NCBI GenBank assembly: GCA_963547405.1
Contig: CAUURC010000005.1
Location: 3,655 to 67,654, forward strand
Direction: 5' to 3'
From: an uncultured Prevotella sp.
GTDB lineage: Bacteria; Bacteroidota; Bacteroidia; Bacteroidales; Bacteroidaceae
DNA: 64,000 nt
Below, piece after piece: positions 10,050 through 18,923 of the stretch. The position numbers and the translations under genes were made by a program. The number at the start of each line of letters is the position of its first letter. Position 1 is the stretch's first letter. Under the pieces are notes generated by a model. The model was not told the DNA's origin, did not search any database, and was given only the letters and a program-made list of their open reading frames with translations.

Positions 10050-11765
10050 TTACTTCTGTTTCTTGGAGGCTTTACGCTTGAGTTCCAGCAGCGTGAAGGT
10101 ATAGTTGTAGCTTAGGTTGCAGGTTAGGTCGTAGCTGGAGTACTTCATGACATCGACGATGTTCACGTCGTTGTAACGGCTATAGCCTGCGCTCAATGAG
10201 AATGAGTGGACTTTCTTCAGCGTGTAACCGGTATAGAGGTCAACGCCCATCGACCAGTTCTTGTTCTGGCCGGAGATGTGATTGCGGCAAACAGACAGCG
10301 TCAGCGAAGCCGTGAGGTTCTTATCGGCCAGAAAAGAACGGCCGGCTGTACCGGATATGACGTCTGAACTGTATTTACGCTCATAGCCTTCTGATGTCTG
10401 GTGGCTGTAGTTCAGCCCGAAATCGGTCTGGATGCGCTCCACGTTCACGCCATAGCCTGCGCCATAAGAGATCGTCTTCACGTCGCTCTGGCCCGTCGAA
10501 AAACGGTTCAAGTCCTTATTCTGTGTGTAACCACCCGTAACACTTACGGTGTGGCTGTTGCCACCGGCCTCGAAGGAGTAGCTCGGGGCAACGTGTAGGT
10601 TGTGCATGATGCGGTTCACGCGCGTCGTATCGTTCACCGGCATGGTGCCCGCACATTGCTGCTGAAGGTAGCCGCTGTAGCCGGCCGTGACATTCAGATT
10701 GCTCGACAGGTTCACAACAGCATTGGCCGAGTAAACATAGCCACGTGTTGTATAGAGTTGTTTGTTGTTGAGGTTGTCGTTCTGATAGGCGAAATTACCG
10801 GAGAACATGACCTTGCGCGTGGGCGAACCGCTCACCGAAATCCCCAAACTCTGATAGTTATTGCTGATATAACTCAGTCCAAGAGACATGTAGTCGGGCT
10901 GAACCAGCTTATAGGAAACGGAAGTAGAGAAGCGGCCCAGAGACAGGTTCAGGTTCACATCGCCCGCAAAGCGGTATAGCGAACTATAGCGGGCGTCGAA
11001 GATTTTTTCCCATTTGTCAATCTCTTTCGAATGGATACGTTCGGATTCGAGATCGGTTGAGAAGATCGACGCGGCCACATTGGCCGTCAGCGACATCCAC
11101 TTGGCCACGGAGGTGTGTCCGCGAAGCGCTACCGACAGATTCTCCTTGGCTTCAGTCGTGCGCCGCCATTCCGTAGCAAGAGAGCTAAGACGGTCGTAAC
11201 CTTTGAAGACATAGAGGTCGAGATAGTGGCGACTGGAACCATAACCAACTTTAAAGCCCCAGCCTAAACGGCTGTATTGGGGTTTGCGTGCGTTGGGATC
11301 CAGTGGATTATCATTGATGGCATGGCGCAGACGACCGTAGAACATGCCGAAGCGTAGCTGCTGAGCCTTGTATTCAAGTCCGGCTCCTTCGAAAGGGATA
11401 TTATAAATGTAAGGCGACATCGACATGACGTGCGTGCCTAAATGGAGCGTCCAGTTCTTATATGTAGGACTGATATTAAAGGAGAAGCGAGGATAGCTAA
11501 AGTTAATGTCGCTGTTGGAATAATAGAAAGAAAAAGGCATATTGAACCCATAGAAGCTAAGATTGAGGTTGGCATATACCGAATTGCTCAACGGAGAGGT
11601 CAGACCACTGCTCGCTGAATGGTAGGAATTTTGCGTACCTACGGCACCCGTCATAATCAGAGGGTCGCTCTTGGCTATCTGGGAGATATCCTGCGACCGT
11701 ACCGTGGCAGGAACCAGGCTGATGAAAACGGCTACAAGGCCGCTGTGGAATAGGGTTGCTTTCAT
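10050..11765 (-). CDS. predicted outer-membrane beta-barrel protein (571 aa)
   Basis: Signal peptide MKATLFHSGLVAVFISLVPATVRSQ. The sequence is rich in Y/S/N/G with alternating hydrophobic strands throughout (e.g. NLNLSFYGFNMPFSFYYS, LTASLTLSV, SFSLSAGYSRY). It ends 22 bp upstream of the giant gene. Confidence 0.75.
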   Translation of the reverse strand: MKATLFHSGLVAVFISLVPATVRSQDISQIAKSDPLIMTGAVGTQNSYHSASSGLTSPLSNSVYANLNLSFYGFNMPFSFYYSNSDINFSYPRFSFNISPTYKNWTLHLGTHVMSMSPYIYNIPFEGAGLEYKAQQLRFGMFYGRLRHAINDNPLDPNARKPQYSRLGWGFKVGYGSSRHYLDLYVFKGYDRLSSLATEWRRTTEAKENLSVALRGHTSVAKWMSLTANVAASIFSTDLESERIHSKEIDKWEKIFDARYSSLYRFAGDVNLNLSLGRFSTSVSYKLVQPDYMSLGLSYISNNYQSLGISVSGSPTRKVMFSGNFAYQNDNLNNKQLYTTRGYVYSANAVVNLSSNLNVTAGYSGYLQQQCAGTMPVNDTTRVNRIMHNLHVAPSYSFEAGGNSHTVSVTGGYTQNKDLNRFSTGQSDVKTISYGAGYGVNVERIQTDFGLNYSHQTSEGYERKYSSDVISGTAGRSFLADKNLTASLTLSVCRNHISGQNKNWSMGVDLYTGYTLKKVHSFSLSAGYSRYNDVNIVDVMKYSSYDLTCNLSYNYTFTLLELKRKASKKQK

Positions 11766-11808
11766 CGCTTCGAAGGGTTAGATTGACTAAAGGTGATTAA
11801 ACCGGATG

Positions 11809-11836
11809 ATGTCCCATGCCGGATTGCATGGGACAT
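11809..11836 (-). terminator. perfect 10-bp stem hairpin in the 89-bp gap between the adhesin and barrel genes; possible partial terminator or processing site
   Basis: atgtcccatg (11809-11818) pairs with catgggacat (11827-11836) around an 8-nt loop. On the minus strand it is followed by only a weak U-rich stretch. Confidence 0.3.
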
Positions 11837-11854
11837 TTCCATTAGAGAGAATGA

Positions 11855-14800
11855 TTATCTGACTACCTTCTGAGAGAGGGTGCGTCCATCTGTCGTCACG
11901 ACAGTTACGATATATACGCCCAAAGGCAGTCGCGTCAGATCTGTTTCATTGAAGAGTTGCGTGTTACCGTTGACACTGCTCACACGGAAGCTCTTTACCT
12001 GGAGTCCGTTGAAGCGGAGTCGTCCGGCGACCACCGTGATTTCGGAAGACTCAGCGGTTATCTGTCCGACAGAAGTGGTACCGCCGGCTTTCATCACGAC
12101 CGGTTTTGCCAGACTGCCGGCTATCTTATCAAACTTCATATCACCCGCGAGCAGGCGGTATTCACCCGTCACTTTATCGTAGAGTTTAAAGCTGATGGTT
12201 TCGCCGCCCTTGCCATGCACGGTAATGAAGTAGAGACCTTCCACCAAGCGACCTTCGCCGCGACACTCATCGCCTACAAAAGCACCCACGGTATAGTCGG
12301 AGGCACGTGTCAAATCGGGCACTTCGGCAATGATAGTCATGTTATCGGCAAAGGTCGCGCTGTTATATGTCCATATACTGGCTTCAGCCGGGCCGTTGCG
12401 CTTGGCGGGTGACACGGCAGCTGGTTGTGGAAGCATACTTTCTCCAAAGAAATACAGTTGATCCATACCCTGGCTCAAATCGGGATTATAGAACATATAC
12501 CCCTCGCCGGCCTTCAAGGTGGTAAGATCGCCTGTCCATCCGGAACCATTGTATTCGGCAAAACCGCTGTCCTTCGATACGATGCGTGAACCCGTTACAA
12601 TAATTCCGTCGAGCATGATGCTGCTTAGCGGTCGGTCATACTGGTAAGGATAGGCTATCCAGCTCCAAGGCTGTTTCACATAGATATGGCAGCCTTCGGT
12701 CGGGAGATAGTCGATGGTCGACGTCGCGGCCGCGACATTCACCGGAGACACGCCGTCCTTGAGGCGTACCTTATAGCACTTGTTCTTCTCCAGCCCGATC
12801 AGCGTTCCGAAGTAGCCATACTGCGCGTCGTTATAGAGCAGAGCATTGTCGGAGCGTATCTCAAGCAGCTTGTCACCATAGATTTGCTGCAGACGGGACT
12901 TGTCGACAGGAGCGGTGAAATAAGTGCGCCACTGCCATCCGGCAGCGTCATTAAGTTCCTGACCGATAATGATGGTGGCCTGACCCATTGACGTGCCGTT
13001 ATACTGTATGTCGATCGTACCCTTGCCCACCGAACGGGGCTTGATGGTCCATTTCAGACCCGTAGCGTCGGCCGCGGTAACCTCCGTAAACTTCCATTCG
13101 GCAGGGAAAGTGGTGTCGTTGTTGGTTATAACGACGTTCAACCTTGCAGGATCAAACGGGGCGGTAGCCGGAACAGGCGTCAGCTTCAATTCCTGCGCGG
13201 TGCGGTGGCCCATGATTATGTTGTCACAGGTAAAGCCCGTCAGGCTCTGCATGACGTTGACGGTAAACGTCTTCGTGAGTGTCCGTTCTGTATTATAAGG
13301 TATGGTGGAACCCGTATTCAACCGTGTCTCCTTATCAGTATATGTGACGGTAAGATGAGCCGTGCCTATACCATTGGCCAAAACATAATAATTTGCTGTT
13401 GGATTAACATTTACCTCTACGATATCGGGATCATCCGAAGTAAACTGATATTTGTCGGCTGCCGGTGCGGTCGGCGTAAAGGCGAAGTTACCTAAAACCG
13501 CAGTAGAAACATCCTGATAGCCGTTGCCATTCGGAAGCCAGTCGATATTGAGCGGATCCTTCGTAATGTTAAGGTTCGTAACGACAGGTTGCACATGAAC
13601 CTTGAACGAACAAGAAATGCCATTGTCGGTCGATGCCTGAACTACAGCCTCTCCCTCTTCTACGGCTTTGATTTGTCCGTTATTCTCTATTCGAAGCGAA
13701 GAACCTTGAGTTACCGTAAACTTCGGGCCACTATAGGCCGCGTCTTCAGGATCGGGATAGACATTAGCCTTCAGAAGATTAGTAATGTCATTACCTTTAT
13801 ATACATAGAGGTCTGATAAATGGGCCTTCAAGGCTTTCAGGCCCTGTACAATGTTGACGCCAAACGTCTCCTTGAGTGTCCTTTCTGTATTGTAAGGAAT
13901 CATGGAACCCGTATTCAAACGCGTCTCCTTGTCGGTGTAGGTGACGGTAAGATTGGCTCTGCCTGTACCGTTGGCAACAATATTATAATTTGTCGTAGGA
14001 CTAATGCCTACCACCTCTACGATATTGGGAGCATCCGAAGTGAGCTGATATTTGTCGGCAACCAATGCGGTCGGCGCAAAAGCGAAGTTTCCTAAAACCT
14101 CCGTAGAGATATTCTGATAGGCGTTGCCATTCGGATTCCAGTCAATATCGAGCGGATTCTTCGTAACGCTAAGGTTCGTAACGACAGGTTGCACATGAAC
14201 CTTGAACGAACAGGATACGTCGTTGTCGGCCGATGCCTGAACTACAGCCTCTCCCTCTTCTACGGCTTTGACTTGTCCGTTATTCTCTATCCGAAGCGAA
14301 GAGCCTTGAATAACCTTGAACTTCAAATTATTATAAACAAAATCTTCAGGATCGGGATAGACATTAGCCTTCAGTAGGTTGGTGATGTCATTACCTTTAT
14401 ATACATAGAGGTCTGACAAATGAGCCTTCAAGCCTTTCAGGCCCTGTACGATGTTGACGCCAAACGTCTCCTTGAGTGTCCTTTCTGTATTGTAAGGAAT
14501 CGTGGAACCCGTATTCAAACGCGTCTCCTTGTCGGTGTAGGTGACGGTAAGATTGGCTCTGCCTGTACCGTTGGCAACAATATTATAATTTGTCGTAGGA
14601 CTAATGCCTACCACCTCTACGATATTGGGAGCATCCGAAGTGAGCTGATATTTGTCGGCAACCAATGCGGTCGGCGCAAAAGCGAAGTTTCCTAAAACCT
14701 CCGTAGAGATATTCTGATAGGCGTTGCCATTCGGATTCCAGTCAATATCGAGCGGATTCTTCGTAACGCTAAGGCTCGTAACGACAGGTTGCACATGAAC

Positions 14801-16045
14801 CTTGAACGAACAATAAATACTGTCGCTGAAAGTAGAAGCCTCGATTACGGCATCTCCTTCTTCTACGGCTTTGACTTGTTCGTTGTTTACTATCTGAAGC
14901 GAAGAGCCTTGAATAACCCTGAATTTCAATTTATTATAGACCGATCCTGCAGGCTCGGGGTAGACATTGGCCTTCAGCAGATTGGTGATGTTATTACCTT
15001 TATATACATAGAGGTCTGACAAATGGGTCTTCAAGGCTGTTGCCCGTTGCTGAACCTTCACTTTCAGCGTGGCCGAGTAGTTGCCGTAAGTAGCCCTTAT
15101 CGTATAATTACCCACCTTTTTAGGTATCCACTCGCCGTTGACCGCCGAAAATACAAGGGCGGAAGGATCGCTGGGAGTCAGCTGAAGCGGCACGGTAACA
15201 CCCTCGGGAAGTATCTTAAAAGCATTGCGCACATAATAGGTCAGGGTAGAGACGTCGTTCAGATTGACAACAACGCCATTGCCATAGCCGGGAGCCAGCG
15301 TCAAACCCGTGACAGTTTGGCGCTCTACGATAACCCGTGCTTCAGCAAGTTGCTCCTTAAGCCAAAGCTGATAATATACCTTCATGATCGCGGAACCCTC
15401 ATTTTCCTTGATACCTTTCAACAGATGGTAGTCCGTAATAGTGAAATAATCACGATGATAGCCTTGAAAGCCTGCGTTGATAGGTTTGTTGGCATTGGCC
15501 GGCGTCAGCTTTACGTAGTTATTCAAATCGATTGTCTGCCCCACGTTCACGCGAATGGGATCGGGTGAAAGCTCAAACTTCTTCGGCTCTATGAATGTCA
15601 GATGATGACGATTACCGGCCGGCCCTCCGGGGGGTGTGAATCCGTTCTGGTATTTATAGGTAGTCGTTCCCACGACAATATACTCCATCGACTGCGTATA
15701 GTTACTATTATACGGCTCCACCATCAGTCTGAACTCCACCTTCTTACCGTTATCAGCCGCTGTTCCCTCGATACGAAGCGGAAAATAGCAGACTTCACCG
15801 GGTACGGAGGGGAAATACCCCCCCTCAGCTTTCACCTCACCACGGCATTCACCATTAATGAAAGCGCCCAACGTGTAACGCCAGATAAAGTTGCCATTCA
15901 TAACGGCATGACCCGAACCATCTACAAGATCGGCATAAACAACACACTGACCACTATACTGACCATACTGGTATGACCAACCGGCATACGCTCCTAAATG
16001 CGTCAGGAGCAGGAGCAAGGTTATGAGTGCAAATAATTTTTTCAT
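11855..16045 (-). CDS. Ig-like (Big_2-type) repeat surface adhesin with T9SS C-terminal sorting domain (1396 aa)
   Basis: Signal peptide MKKLFALITLLLLLTHLGAYA. Three to four roughly 200-aa repeats carry Big_2-like segments (KANVYPEP...VKAVEEG.AV..AS....SCSFKVHV). The C-terminus ...LPLGVYIVTVVTTDGRTLSQKVVR resembles a T9SS CTD. A related GAF.(N)GECRGEG module occurs near both the N- and C-termini. Confidence 0.85.
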   Translation of the reverse strand: MKKLFALITLLLLLTHLGAYAGWSYQYGQYSGQCVVYADLVDGSGHAVMNGNFIWRYTLGAFINGECRGEVKAEGGYFPSVPGEVCYFPLRIEGTAADNGKKVEFRLMVEPYNSNYTQSMEYIVVGTTTYKYQNGFTPPGGPAGNRHHLTFIEPKKFELSPDPIRVNVGQTIDLNNYVKLTPANANKPINAGFQGYHRDYFTITDYHLLKGIKENEGSAIMKVYYQLWLKEQLAEARVIVERQTVTGLTLAPGYGNGVVVNLNDVSTLTYYVRNAFKILPEGVTVPLQLTPSDPSALVFSAVNGEWIPKKVGNYTIRATYGNYSATLKVKVQQRATALKTHLSDLYVYKGNNITNLLKANVYPEPAGSVYNKLKFRVIQGSSLQIVNNEQVKAVEEGDAVIEASTFSDSIYCSFKVHVQPVVTSLSVTKNPLDIDWNPNGNAYQNISTEVLGNFAFAPTALVADKYQLTSDAPNIVEVVGISPTTNYNIVANGTGRANLTVTYTDKETRLNTGSTIPYNTERTLKETFGVNIVQGLKGLKAHLSDLYVYKGNDITNLLKANVYPDPEDFVYNNLKFKVIQGSSLRIENNGQVKAVEEGEAVVQASADNDVSCSFKVHVQPVVTNLSVTKNPLDIDWNPNGNAYQNISTEVLGNFAFAPTALVADKYQLTSDAPNIVEVVGISPTTNYNIVANGTGRANLTVTYTDKETRLNTGSMIPYNTERTLKETFGVNIVQGLKALKAHLSDLYVYKGNDITNLLKANVYPDPEDAAYSGPKFTVTQGSSLRIENNGQIKAVEEGEAVVQASTDNGISCSFKVHVQPVVTNLNITKDPLNIDWLPNGNGYQDVSTAVLGNFAFTPTAPAADKYQFTSDDPDIVEVNVNPTANYYVLANGIGTAHLTVTYTDKETRLNTGSTIPYNTERTLTKTFTVNVMQSLTGFTCDNIIMGHRTAQELKLTPVPATAPFDPARLNVVITNNDTTFPAEWKFTEVTAADATGLKWTIKPRSVGKGTIDIQYNGTSMGQATIIIGQELNDAAGWQWRTYFTAPVDKSRLQQIYGDKLLEIRSDNALLYNDAQYGYFGTLIGLEKNKCYKVRLKDGVSPVNVAAATSTIDYLPTEGCHIYVKQPWSWIAYPYQYDRPLSSIMLDGIIVTGSRIVSKDSGFAEYNGSGWTGDLTTLKAGEGYMFYNPDLSQGMDQLYFFGESMLPQPAAVSPAKRNGPAEASIWTYNSATFADNMTIIAEVPDLTRASDYTVGAFVGDECRGEGRLVEGLYFITVHGKGGETISFKLYDKVTGEYRLLAGDMKFDKIAGSLAKPVVMKAGGTTSVGQITAESSEITVVAGRLRFNGLQVKSFRVSSVNGNTQLFNETDLTRLPLGVYIVTVVTTDGRTLSQKVVR
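13241..15040 (-). repeat. 3 x 600-bp in-frame tandem repeat inside the adhesin gene
   Basis: Shadow ORFs recur with an exact 600-bp period (13589/14189/14789 and 13820/14420/15023). About 13845-14210 and about 14445-14810 are nearly identical; several 60-nt lines match exactly. The other half of each unit is more diverged. Confidence 0.9.
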
Positions 16046-16153
16046 GATGTTTACAATGGTTCGGCCATAAAACCGAATACTTTATTAAGTGAAACTTTTT
16101 GTTTTATACCTAAGGTTCGTTACGATCAACAAGGAGAAAGTATCTCCTATTTG

Positions 16154-16161
16154 CAAAATTA
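16154..16161 (-). promoter_or_regulatory. candidate Bacteroidota -7 promoter box (TAATTTTG on the minus strand) for the envelope operon
   Basis: The + strand reads caaaatta, which is TAnnTTTG on the minus strand. It lies about 110 nt upstream of the ATG at 16045. Confidence 0.3.
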
Positions 16162-16404
16162 AAATATAATGAAACAAAAGTTATGAACAATTTGGCCAAC
16201 TTTATGGAATATATTGCCAATCTTTCATTCGTTTATGGACTAAGAAAGAAATTATTATGGATAACTCTTTGATAATCAATAGCTATTTTGTCCAAACCAA
16301 GCACTTCGTATTAACCCTTCATTTATGCCTTTCAAACAAACGAAAAAGACATTTCTGCCCCCAAAACAAGATGTTTTACCTTGTAATATGTCCGTTTACC
16401 AAAA

Positions 16405-16490
16405 ATTACCACGGCGTGGTAATCTCTTTACCAGGCCGTGGTAACAACATTACCACACGGCTGGTAATCATATTACCACGTAGCGGTAAT
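16405..16490. promoter_or_regulatory. array of four phased palindromes, TTACC(A)-N5-7-(T)GGTAA; candidate operator array or REP-like hairpins
   Basis: The four sites are attaccacggcgtggtaat (16405-16423), ttaccaggccgtggtaa (16428-16444), attaccacacggctggtaat (16449-16468) and attaccacgtagcggtaat (16472-16490). Their centres are about 22 bp apart. Confidence 0.55.
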
Positions 16491-16524
16491 TCCGTCATCG
16501 CTTACTATTTAGTACTATAAAATG

Positions 16525-16554
16525 CAAACAGGCCGGATGATTCCGGCCTGTTTG
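16525..16554 (-). terminator. rho-independent-type terminator after the glycerophosphotransferase-like gene
   Basis: A perfect 13-bp stem, caaacaggccgga / tccggcctgtttg, with a 4-nt loop, sits 20 bp past the stop at 16574. On the minus strand it is followed by cattttat. Confidence 0.6.
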
Positions 16555-16573
16555 ACTTTGCTAAAATGATGTT

Positions 16574-17647
16574 TTAATCTGTTTTTATTCTGCCAAAAGT
16601 CTTGATACTGGTGTATTTTCGCCAAAGATTGAGACGTCGGCAAGGAGGAACTCCATGGCGATGGATATAGTCGCGAGCCCCTTCGAGCATACGATGGGCC
16701 ACTTGTCCATCCAGATGAGGGTCGTAGTTGCTGACAATCCATTGACGACGGCGACGCAAATCGGCATCGGTAAAGACGCTGTCGTAGGCCATCGTGAGGT
16801 CTTCGGGTTGACGAATGTCCTTCCAATAGATGTCGCGAGCAATGGTATTGAGCGTCACGACGGGTTTGTCGAGCAGCAACATTTCGTACACAGTAGACGA
16901 AGTGTCGCTAATCATCATGTCGGCCATGAGCGTATATTTCGACAAACTGAAGTCTTCTACAAAGGTAATGGCATCGTATTCGCGGGCCAGCCGGCGATAT
17001 TCGTCTACCCATTCGGGGCGCGTCAGTGGATGGAGTTTGATGAAAAGATGTACGCTCCGCTCTTCAGTCAGCCGTATGAGTGCCTGCTTGATGTGTGGCA
17101 ACGAAGTCAGTTTGGGCGAAAAGGTCGGTGCGTAGAGGGCTATTTTCTCTTTACCGGTGGTCTGTAACAACTGCCGACGCTCATCATCGTGGTCATGGCG
17201 ATGGGCGAATATCCAGTCCTGACGTGGCCAACCGGTTTCCAACACCTCAAAATCCTTATACTTACGGGCCAGCTTTTCAAAATGACTGGTGAAATAAGGG
17301 CCTTGCGTAAAATATGTATCGAAGTAACGGCGGATAATCCAATGGTCTTTCTTTTCGGCCGCATAACCATGAAACACCTGAATTTTGACGCCCGGAAGAT
17401 AGTAGGGCACAATGTTTCCGGGCACAAAAATGGCCTCGGGACTGAAGTCGTAGACCTCCTGCATCAGTCCTGTCCAGCACACATCAGCCTGCAACGGGAA
17501 GTCGGGTATCTTCTTTTGATGCACATACCACAGCACTTCATTGCCCCCTTCGCGGTCTGCTTCGTCTTGAATAGGCTTTAGGATATCGATGGCATATTTG
17601 TTTTCACAGAACAGAACGATTCGCATAAAATCTTGATTGTTTTGCAC
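16574..17647 (-). CDS. CDP-glycerol glycerophosphotransferase family (TagB/TagF-like) protein
   Basis: The 357-aa product has the overall TagF-like C-terminal pattern (...LYAPTF...KLHP...[18 protein letters not shown]...). The start may instead be the internal MRIVLF at 17626. Confidence 0.7.
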   Translation of the reverse strand: MQNNQDFMRIVLFCENKYAIDILKPIQDEADREGGNEVLWYVHQKKIPDFPLQADVCWTGLMQEVYDFSPEAIFVPGNIVPYYLPGVKIQVFHGYAAEKKDHWIIRRYFDTYFTQGPYFTSHFEKLARKYKDFEVLETGWPRQDWIFAHRHDHDDERRQLLQTTGKEKIALYAPTFSPKLTSLPHIKQALIRLTEERSVHLFIKLHPLTRPEWVDEYRRLAREYDAITFVEDFSLSKYTLMADMMISDTSSTVYEMLLLDKPVVTLNTIARDIYWKDIRQPEDLTMAYDSVFTDADLRRRRQWIVSNYDPHLDGQVAHRMLEGARDYIHRHGVPPCRRLNLWRKYTSIKTFGRIKTD

Positions 17648-17722
17648 AAAGGTATGGTTTTCTCATGGCTTATCAAAAGATTTACACTATCTTTGTGGGA
17701 TAAATCTTTGTGTTCAGTTATC

Positions 17723-18805
17723 ATGACATTAGATAAGATGTTGAATTTTACGGTCGGTCCCGTTATGTCGAGCGACGCGGTGAGAGCTATGGGAAGCGAA
17801 CAGGTACCTTACTTCCGCACAGCAGAGTTTTCGGAAACCATGTTGGAGAACGAACGACTGATGCTTCAATTCACGAAAGCGCCACAGGGGTCGCGCACCG
17901 TATTCATCACCGGCTCGGGCACAGCTTCGATGGAAGCTGTCGTGATGAATCTTTTTTCTGCCCGCGACAAGGTTATCGTTATCAACGGCGGCAGTTTCGG
18001 CCACCGCTTCGTACAACTTTTAGAAATTCACCAAATCCCTTTCACCGAGATTAAGTTGGAGATGGGCCGCCAATTACGGGCCGAACAGCTGGCTCCCTAT
18101 GAGCAACAAGGCTACACGGGCTTTCTTGTCAACTTAGACGAGACGTCTACGGGCGTGCTCTACGACATCCAAATGATTAGTGATTTCTGTCGTCGCAACA
18201 GTCTGTTTCTGGCTGTCGATTCCATCAGTTCTTTCTTGGCAGATCCTTTTGACATGGCCGCGTTAGGCGTGGATGTCATGATTACCGGATCGCAGAAGGC
18301 TCTGGCGTGCCCTCCGGGCATATCGGCTATCGTATTGGCACCACGTGCCATCGAACGAGCCAATGCCAGTGAGTGCCGCACGATGTATCTGAATCTGCGT
18401 GATGCCTTGAAAAACGGTGAGCGCGGACAGACGCCTTTCACCCCTGCCGTGGGCACGTTGCGCCAGATTAATGTGCGACTGAAAGAGATTGCGCAAGCCG
18501 GTGGAGTGGAGAAAGAGAATGAACGAGCCGCCCGGTTGGCAGCCGATTTCCGACAGAAAATCAAGAATCTGCCCTTAGAAATTGTTTCCGAGAGTCTTTC
18601 TAATGCCGTGACACCCTTGCATCCGCTCCATGGTTCGGCCTACGATATCTTCCTAAAACTAAAAGATGAGTATGGTATTTGGATTTGTCCGAACGGCGGC
18701 GACATGGCCGAAAAGGTATTCCGCGTGGGACATCTTGGCGCGCTGACGCCCGAAGACAACACAACTTTGGTTGAAGCTCTCAAGGCTGTGCTTTGCAAAG
18801 TGTGA
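17723..18805 (+). CDS. class V PLP-dependent aminotransferase (serine-pyruvate / AEP-transaminase-like)
   Basis: The GSQKAL PLP-lysine motif and the MLNFTVGPV... N-terminus are typical of class V enzymes. The track start at 17633 overlaps the divergent gene, so an in-frame ATG at 17723 or 17738 is more plausible. Confidence 0.8.
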   Translation: MTLDKMLNFTVGPVMSSDAVRAMGSEQVPYFRTAEFSETMLENERLMLQFTKAPQGSRTVFITGSGTASMEAVVMNLFSARDKVIVINGGSFGHRFVQLLEIHQIPFTEIKLEMGRQLRAEQLAPYEQQGYTGFLVNLDETSTGVLYDIQMISDFCRRNSLFLAVDSISSFLADPFDMAALGVDVMITGSQKALACPPGISAIVLAPRAIERANASECRTMYLNLRDALKNGERGQTPFTPAVGTLRQINVRLKEIAQAGGVEKENERAARLAADFRQKIKNLPLEIVSESLSNAVTPLHPLHGSAYDIFLKLKDEYGIWICPNGGDMAEKVFRVGHLGALTPEDNTTLVEALKAVLCKV

Positions 18806-18923
18806 GCGTGTTAGGATGTTAGCATGAATCGTTTGTTTAGATGATGTGATAAACGAAGAAATCATTCATCCCAATCCCCTAACAACTAACAACTTCATAT
18901 CCGACAACCCCATAACCTGAAAT

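Noticed and set aside
15828-15834. C7 (G7 on the coding strand) tract in the adhesin gene as a phase-variation site
   Set aside because: The tract is short for efficient slippage. It was noted but not considered convincing.
16405-16490. Possible CRISPR array, given the regularly spaced repeats
   Set aside because: The units are only 17-20 bp, are themselves palindromic, and are separated by 3-5 nt rather than by 25-40-nt unique spacers. No cas genes are present.
16257-16520. 87-aa + ORF across the palindrome array
   Set aside because: Its reading frame is created by the repeated attacc/ggtaat units. It has no start context and no protein-like features.
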